Assembly: GCA_002409145.1 (NCBI GenBank)
Contig: DHUL01000040.1
Location: 16,590 to 69,209, forward strand
Reading direction: 5' to 3'
Length of the DNA stretch: 52,620 nucleotides
DNA from: Bacteroidales bacterium UBA5235
Lineage (GTDB): Bacteria; Bacteroidota; Bacteroidia; Bacteroidales; VadinHA17
A program made the translations under genes and the position numbers. The notes beneath the pieces were generated by a model, which had not been told where the DNA came from, searched no databases, and saw only the letters and a list, made by a program, of their open reading frames with translations. Shown here in pieces: positions 46,885 to 52,620 of this stretch. The stretch's first letter is position 1. Each line of letters opens with the position of its first letter.

Positions 46885-48321
46885 CTACAGCGCCTTCACC
46901 TCATTTACAAGCGCCTGCAGTGTTGACCTGGCATCGCCGAAGAGCATCCGGGTCTTGTCATTGAAGAAGAGCATGTTGTCTATGGCAGCATAACCCTTCC
47001 CCATTCCGCGTTTTATCACGATAATGTTTTTTGCCTCATGGGCCCTGACTATGGGCATTCCGTATATCGGACTCGAAGGATCATCCTCCGCTGCCGGGTT
47101 GACAACATCGTTGGCTCCGATAACCACAATGACGTCAGTGTTGGGCATGTCGGGATTGATCTCATCACTCTCAACTAATTGTTCATATGGTACATCAGCC
47201 TCAGCAAGAAGTACATTCATATGACCGGGCATGCGTCCCGCCACCGGGTGTATGGCATATTTCACCTCAACGCCCTTTTCATCGAGGAGCTTGTCAAGCT
47301 CATGACACAAATGTTGTGCCTGTGCCACTGCCAGGCCATACCCGGGGACAATAACCACTTTCCTGGAATAGCTCAGAAGTACGGCAGCATCAGTAACCGT
47401 CACCTCCTTTATGGTGCCTGCAACACCGGCTGTGGCTGTTCCTCCACCGCCGAAGACACCTATGATGACGTTAAGCAACGAGCGGTTCATTGCCCTGCAC
47501 ATCAGCACAGTCAGGATAGTTCCAGCCGATCCGACAAGTATACCTCCGGTGAGCATCGCCTGGTTGTTGTACAGAAATCCACCCATGGCTGCTGCCACAC
47601 CGGTGAAGCTGTTGAGCAGCGAAATGACAACAGGCATGTCAGCCCCGCCAATAGGCATGACAAACAGAACACCATAGATTACAGAAACAACAAACAGTAT
47701 TATCACAAGGTGCATCAGTTCGGCAGATGCCGTCACGTCACGGGTCATGATAAAGACAATGAATCCTATGATTGCTGCAAGAATGATCAGGTTCACATAC
47801 TTCATGGCCTTCACCCTGAGGTCACCTATCCTTCCGTCGAGTTTACCGAATGCAATCATGCTTCCCGCCCAGGAAACCGTTCCTATTACCAAACCGATAA
47901 GTATTGCCAGGACATGTCCGTTGGCCATGCCTGACTTCATAATCAGTTCCTGGCTGACATGAGGGAATTCCATCATGGATATCAGTGCAGCAGCCGCGCC
48001 TCCCATACCATTAAAGAATGAAACCAGCTGAGGCATGGCTGTCATTTTAACCTTTTTTGCTATCACCCAGCCAATGACTGTTCCCACAGACATTGCGGCA
48101 ATAATCCAGCCCATGTTGCCGATAGGCTCACCTTCCTTCCTGTGAAACAGAAGTGTGGCAACTATGGCCAGCACCATTCCCGTCGCAGCGAGAAGATTTC
48201 CTCTGCGTGCCTTCAGGGGATGACTTAGCATCTTCAGGCCCAGTATGAATAATACAGAAGCAAGTATATATGAGAGTTCGAGAATGGAGATTCCGGCAGA
48301 AAAATGTGATACGTCGTTCAT
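46885..48321 (-). CDS. pntB: NAD(P) transhydrogenase beta subunit
   Basis: MTAMPQLV, IGGADMPVVISLLNS, VPGYGLAVAQAQ, HPVAGRMPGHMNVLLAEA, GANDVVNP. Confidence 0.97.
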   Translation of the reverse strand: MNDVSHFSAGISILELSYILASVLFILGLKMLSHPLKARRGNLLAATGMVLAIVATLLFHRKEGEPIGNMGWIIAAMSVGTVIGWVIAKKVKMTAMPQLVSFFNGMGGAAAALISMMEFPHVSQELIMKSGMANGHVLAILIGLVIGTVSWAGSMIAFGKLDGRIGDLRVKAMKYVNLIILAAIIGFIVFIMTRDVTASAELMHLVIILFVVSVIYGVLFVMPIGGADMPVVISLLNSFTGVAAAMGGFLYNNQAMLTGGILVGSAGTILTVLMCRAMNRSLLNVIIGVFGGGGTATAGVAGTIKEVTVTDAAVLLSYSRKVVIVPGYGLAVAQAQHLCHELDKLLDEKGVEVKYAIHPVAGRMPGHMNVLLAEADVPYEQLVESDEINPDMPNTDVIVVIGANDVVNPAAEDDPSSPIYGMPIVRAHEAKNIIVIKRGMGKGYAAIDNMLFFNDKTRMLFGDARSTLQALVNEVKAL

Positions 48322-48358
48322 TGTGCCAATGTTTTTTACAGTCAGGGTTTATATGGTA

Positions 48359-48661
48359 TCACTTCTTCTTTTTGAACATCTCAAGCATCCTGTCTGTCAC
48401 AACGAAACCTCCCACAACATTCAGTGTGCCCAGTACAACTGCCAGGAAACCAAGGATCATTGCCCCTGTCGTCTCTGCATGTCCCATCACAATGATTGCC
48501 CCTATGATGACAACGCCATGGATTGCATTTGCGCCTGACATGAGAGGAGTATGCAGTATGGCGGGGACGTGGCTGATAACCTCGATTCCAAGAAAAACAG
48601 AGAGGATCACCATATAGATTGTTCCCCTGTTGGCCATGAAGAATTCAAGTATTCCTTCCAT
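48359..48661 (-). CDS. pntA: NAD(P) transhydrogenase alpha subunit, membrane part
   Basis: LHTPLMSGANAIHG, NVVGGFVVTDRMLEMF. Confidence 0.95.
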   Translation of the reverse strand: MEGILEFFMANRGTIYMVILSVFLGIEVISHVPAILHTPLMSGANAIHGVVIIGAIIVMGHAETTGAMILGFLAVVLGTLNVVGGFVVTDRMLEMFKKKK

Positions 48662-48663
48662 TA

Positions 48664-49800
48664 TCAGGTCAGTTTGATATCCAGTATTTGTTTCACTCTC
48701 TGGCTGCGGTATTCGCCTTCATGAACAGCAGTGGTACCGGCAATAATCTCATCGGAGAGATCAATCCTCACATCTCCCTTGTTGTCAGTCATAATCCTGA
48801 GGAGACTGACCAGGTTGTTTCCGAACATCCTGCTGGCATCGACTGACATTACGGCGGGGTAGTCAGACCTGCCTGCGATGGTGACACCTTTATTTATCAC
48901 TGTTCTGCCGTTCTCCGTCAGCTCGCAGTTTCCTCCGGAGGATGCGGCCAGGTCGATTATCACAGAGCCCGGCTTCATTCTCTCAACTGTTTCCCTGAGT
49001 ATAAGCACAGGGGCTTTTCTTCCTGGTATCTGGGCGGTGGCAATGATGACGTCAGCGACGGCGGCGTGCTCCTGTATCAGTGCCTGCTGTTTCTTCCGGA
49101 ACTCATCAGTCTGCTCCACGGCGTACCCTCCTGCTGCAGCATCTTCCGATGCTCCCTCAACCTCAATAAATTTTCCTCCCAGGCTTTTCACCTCGTCTCT
49201 CACAGCTGACCTGACGTCGAAGACCTCAACGACAGCTCCCAGCTTGCGTGCCACAGCAATAGCCTGCAATCCCGCCACTCCGGCGCCCAGGATGAGCACC
49301 CTGGCGGGTTTTATGGTGCCGGCGGCTGACATGAACATGGGGAAGAACCTCGGCAGCATGGTGGCGGCTTCAAGCACAGCCCTGTACCCTGAAACCGTCG
49401 CCATGGACGAGAGTATATCCATTGACTGCGCCCGGGTTATGCGTGGAACAAGGTCAAGAGCCATTACAGACAGTTTTCTTGACCGTGCCTTTTCAAGCCA
49501 CTCCCTGTTGGTAACCGGATCGAGAACAGTAAAGATCATCTGCCCTTCCCTGAAGAGCATGATATCTTCACTTACAGGAGGATTGACGGTAAGGAGCAGA
49601 CCGGCATCCCTGATCACCTCGCTTCTTCCTGCCACGGCAGCACCGGCAGCAAGGTACTGGTCATCAGAAGTAAAGGCTCCCTCTCCGGCACCAGTCTCAA
49701 CAAGGACCTTCAGCCCCAGTTTGACCAATGCAGCCGTTTCACCCGGGAGAAGGGCGACTCTTTTTTCACCTCCTGTTTCTCTAAGAATACCTGCGATCAT
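48664..49800 (-). CDS. pntA: NAD(P) transhydrogenase alpha subunit, dI domain
   Basis: EKRVAL.P, PRITRAQSMD.LSS, GAGVAGLQA, GGYA, TAQIPGRKAP, DLAA..GGNC. Confidence 0.96.
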   Translation of the reverse strand: MIAGILRETGGEKRVALLPGETAALVKLGLKVLVETGAGEGAFTSDDQYLAAGAAVAGRSEVIRDAGLLLTVNPPVSEDIMLFREGQMIFTVLDPVTNREWLEKARSRKLSVMALDLVPRITRAQSMDILSSMATVSGYRAVLEAATMLPRFFPMFMSAAGTIKPARVLILGAGVAGLQAIAVARKLGAVVEVFDVRSAVRDEVKSLGGKFIEVEGASEDAAAGGYAVEQTDEFRKKQQALIQEHAAVADVIIATAQIPGRKAPVLILRETVERMKPGSVIIDLAASSGGNCELTENGRTVINKGVTIAGRSDYPAVMSVDASRMFGNNLVSLLRIMTDNKGDVRIDLSDEIIAGTTAVHEGEYRSQRVKQILDIKLT

Positions 49801-49828
49801 AGCCGGAATATTGCAAATTATTAAATTC

Positions 49829-50560
49829 TCAGGCTTTCAGAAGTGAGGCAGCTCCGGTATCGAGCATCCAGACCAGATGCCCCGAGCCGGGCATAATCCT
49901 GGCTGCCGGATAGAGTTCCGACCCGCTTTTGCCTTCCAGAACCTGTGATACGACTGATGCCTTCTCCTTGCCGGTAACAATGTAGTATATTTTTGATGAA
50001 TTATTTATCAGTCGTGCAGTAGCCGTAATTCTCTTTTGTTTCTTATCCGGCCTGGCAGCCACCTCGAAGAGCTGGCCGGAGGTGAACATGTCGGGCCTGT
50101 CAGGAAAGATGGAGGCTGTATGACCGTCACTGCCCAAGCCGAGCAACATCAGGTCAAACTGAGGTATGCCCCTGTATTCCGGCACCATGCTGCTCACCAG
50201 CTCGGAGTATTGCCTGGCCTCTGCAGCAGGGTCATCCTCACCCCGGATCCGGAAGATATTTACATCGGGTATCGGAACGTTCTGCAAGAGGCTTTCATAA
50301 GCCATCCTGTAATTGCTTTCTCTGTCCTCAGGTGATACGCATCTCTCGTCGACCCAGAAGACCAACATCTTTTCCCAGCTTATCCGTTCTGCATAGTTCT
50401 CTGAAAGATAGCGGAACAGGTATTCCGGTGTAGAGCCTCCGGAGAGAGCAATTGTATAATAGTGATCCGGCTCTATACGGTCGAGATCCTTGATCAGCAT
50501 TGCCGCTAAGCTTTGAGCCAGGGCTTCACGTGTGGGGAACACTCTGACTGAATATGGCAT
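49829..50560 (-). CDS. pgl: 6-phosphogluconolactonase
   Basis: ALSGGSTP, FWVDERCV, SNY, LGLGSDGHTASIFP, VTGKEKA. Confidence 0.95.
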   Translation of the reverse strand: MPYSVRVFPTREALAQSLAAMLIKDLDRIEPDHYYTIALSGGSTPEYLFRYLSENYAERISWEKMLVFWVDERCVSPEDRESNYRMAYESLLQNVPIPDVNIFRIRGEDDPAAEARQYSELVSSMVPEYRGIPQFDLMLLGLGSDGHTASIFPDRPDMFTSGQLFEVAARPDKKQKRITATARLINNSSKIYYIVTGKEKASVVSQVLEGKSGSELYPAARIMPGSGHLVWMLDTGAASLLKA

Positions 50561-50593
50561 AACAAATAAACAGTAATATGGATATAAAACTAA

Positions 50594-52120
50594 TTATAAT
50601 TCACAATAAACACCATCATCTGCAAGATTTTTACACGGATAACGCCATGTTAGCTCCGGTTCTTCAATCAGGGCATCAGCAGTTCCAGGCCCCCAGGTCC
50701 CGGCCGGATAACCATAAACCGGTATGGAAGGGTCATCTTTCCATGCCTGCAACACCGGGTTAAGAAACTTCCATGCAGCCAGTACCGCATCAGACCTGGT
50801 GTATAGTGTTGAGTCACCATTCATGCAGTCATATATCAGCCGCTCATACGCCTCAGGGATACGGCCCTCGGCAAAATCGGAGTAGTGGAAATCCATGTTA
50901 ACATTTCTTACCTTGAATCCTGCACCGGGAATCTTAATTCCAAACTTGAGAAGTATCCCTTCATCAGGCTGAATCCGTATTATCAGCTGGTTGCACCCCT
51001 CGCATGCACTCTCGCCTGAAAACAGGTAATGAGGCGTCGGCTTGAAATGGATGACTGCCTCGGTAACCCGGGTGGGCAGACGTTTGCCTGTCCTGATGTA
51101 AAAGGGGACCCCTCCCCATCTCCAGTTATCTATATAGAATTTCAGCGCTGCAAATGTCTCAGTCATCGATGCCTTGCTGACACCATCCTCTTCACGGTAA
51201 CCTCTCTGCCATTCACCTTTGACATGGGATCCGGTATACTGTCCCCTGATTGTCATTCTTCCAACATCTTCTGGCTTAATGGGCCGCAGCGATTCAAAGA
51301 CCTTGACAAGTTCATTCCTGATCGATGTTGAGTCAATAGATGACGGGGGTTCCATGGCAATGAAACCAACAAGGTGCAGTAGGTGGTTCTGGATCATGTC
51401 ACGTAATGCCCCTGTACCTTCGTAATATGAACCTCTTTTCTCCACTCCCAGGCTCTCTGAAGAGGTTATCTCGACGTGATTCACATAATTCCTGTTCCAC
51501 AGCGGCTCAAAAATACCATTGGAAAAGCGGGTGACCAGTATGTTCTGAACCGTCTCCTTTCCGAGATAATGGTCTATGCGGTAAAGCTGGCTCTCTTTCC
51601 AATGCTCCAGCAAAAGCCCGTTCAGGTGAACGGCGCTGGCATAGTCATAGCCGAAAGGTTTCTCGATGATCAGGCGCTTCCAGCCATCAGCCTCACTGTT
51701 CAGGCCCTGACCGGCAAGACCGGGAGAAATATCATCATAGGCTTCCGGCGGAACTGAAAGGTAAAAGAGGGTGTTGCCGGGAATATTCATCTCAGACCTC
51801 AACCGATTAAGGAACTCTGCAAGTTCCCGGTAATCACCCGCAACTGACGGATCAAGAGTAGTGTAGTAAAAATTCCGGGCAAAAGCATCCCCGGCGCCTA
51901 TTCCTTCATCACCAACCTTAACCGGGAGAGCACTTCTTACCTCATTCCTGTAAACCTTATTGTCTACCCTGCTCCTTCCCGTGGCAAGAACAGCAAACTT
52001 CTCCGGCATCAATCCCTGCATGAAAAGCTCATACAGAGCCGGAACAATCTTCCTCATGGCAAGATCACCCCTGCCTCCGAATATCACTATTATCTGGTTC
52101 TCCGACCTGTGTGTAATCAT
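50594..52120 (-). CDS. zwf: Glucose-6-phosphate 1-dehydrogenase
   Basis: IFGGRGDLA, EKPFG, RIDHYLGKE, RDMIQNH, WGGVPFYIRTGK, EAYERL; start placed at ATG 52120. Confidence 0.97.
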   Translation of the reverse strand: MITHRSENQIIVIFGGRGDLAMRKIVPALYELFMQGLMPEKFAVLATGRSRVDNKVYRNEVRSALPVKVGDEGIGAGDAFARNFYYTTLDPSVAGDYRELAEFLNRLRSEMNIPGNTLFYLSVPPEAYDDISPGLAGQGLNSEADGWKRLIIEKPFGYDYASAVHLNGLLLEHWKESQLYRIDHYLGKETVQNILVTRFSNGIFEPLWNRNYVNHVEITSSESLGVEKRGSYYEGTGALRDMIQNHLLHLVGFIAMEPPSSIDSTSIRNELVKVFESLRPIKPEDVGRMTIRGQYTGSHVKGEWQRGYREEDGVSKASMTETFAALKFYIDNWRWGGVPFYIRTGKRLPTRVTEAVIHFKPTPHYLFSGESACEGCNQLIIRIQPDEGILLKFGIKIPGAGFKVRNVNMDFHYSDFAEGRIPEAYERLIYDCMNGDSTLYTRSDAVLAAWKFLNPVLQAWKDDPSIPVYGYPAGTWGPGTADALIEEPELTWRYPCKNLADDGVYCEL

Positions 52121-52566
52121 ATTAAATTCTTTCCCTGATGAAGCATGCATCGTCTGAGCAAACAGCAGGGCACAATATCCCTGTGTTGAACTTTTTTCCC
52201 GTTGCTGCACTAAAAACAAATATAGAAAATTGAGCTCTTCTCTGGCATCCGGATCGGATAAAACAACTGATGTTGTTTAAAAGTTTATTGGACAAACCAT
52301 TACATTGAGGCTCCCGATTCATTGAGTTCGTGTTCATGCCAGGACAAATGTTGACTTACTCAACACTTGTTTAATATTTACACATTGACGTAATAAATTG
52401 AACCACTGTTCTTTAAATTATTTGGTCAATTTATGTGTTTAATTTATCTACACTTTGCATGGTAAAACAGCTGTTTATCGCTTCTTATATTATTGATTTA
52501 CATTATTTTATATGCAGCGGCATGCTTATTGGTATATATGTTAACAGACAATATAAATACAACTAT

Positions 52567-52620
52567 ATGAAAAAGTTAATTATTCTTTTTATCGGCATCA
52601 ACCTCCTGAGCACAGGATTT
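52567..52620 (+). CDS. Start of a probable secreted protein (runs off the window end)
   Basis: MKKLIILFIGINLLSTGF signal-peptide-like N-terminus after an AT-rich leader. Confidence 0.55.
   Translation, partial: MKKLIILFIGINLLSTGF

Noticed and set aside
47179-47934. 251-aa plus-strand ORF
   Set aside because: Antisense shadow of pntB
48878-49846. 322-aa plus-strand ORF
   Set aside because: Antisense shadow of pntA with Ser/Thr/Ala-rich composition typical of reverse frames
52121-52337. zwf N-terminal extension and 71-aa minus-strand ORF
   Set aside because: No recognisable motifs; the Rossmann fold begins shortly after ATG 52120, which has an AT-rich start context

Overview
Gene-dense chromosomal window from a Bacteroidota (most likely Bacteroidales) genome, judged from TAnnTTTG -7 promoter boxes, AT-rich non-Shine-Dalgarno starts, and TonB-dependent and beta-barrel genes. 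It holds about 50 CDS, mostly housekeeping: cls (partial), ssb, iorAB, SRAP, cdaA-folP, tmk, tpiA, rsmE, an ECF sigma factor, uvrA, pntAaAbB, pgl and zwf. I found no rRNA, tRNA, CRISPR array or transposase. The most notable region is an arsenic-resistance cluster (36.8-45.6 kb: arsR, thioredoxin, arsF-like, arsG-like, arsP-like, a Cys-less rhodanese, arsC, arsM, acr3) marked by four copies of an ATTTCG-N8-CGAAA palindrome. It is interrupted by a two-component system whose sensor has a three-cysteine extracytoplasmic patch and which faces a secreted 9-Cys metallothionein-like protein across helically phased TAAC boxes. This may be an undescribed extracytoplasmic arsenic or thiol sensing and sequestration module. 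Other candidates are a Zn-finger gene divergent from an atypical ssb with phased repeats between them, an SPFH-RHH-Zn-ribbon operon with an 11-bp phased operator, and dispersed 7/8-mer tandem repeats. All family assignments come from motif recognition by eye, not database searches.
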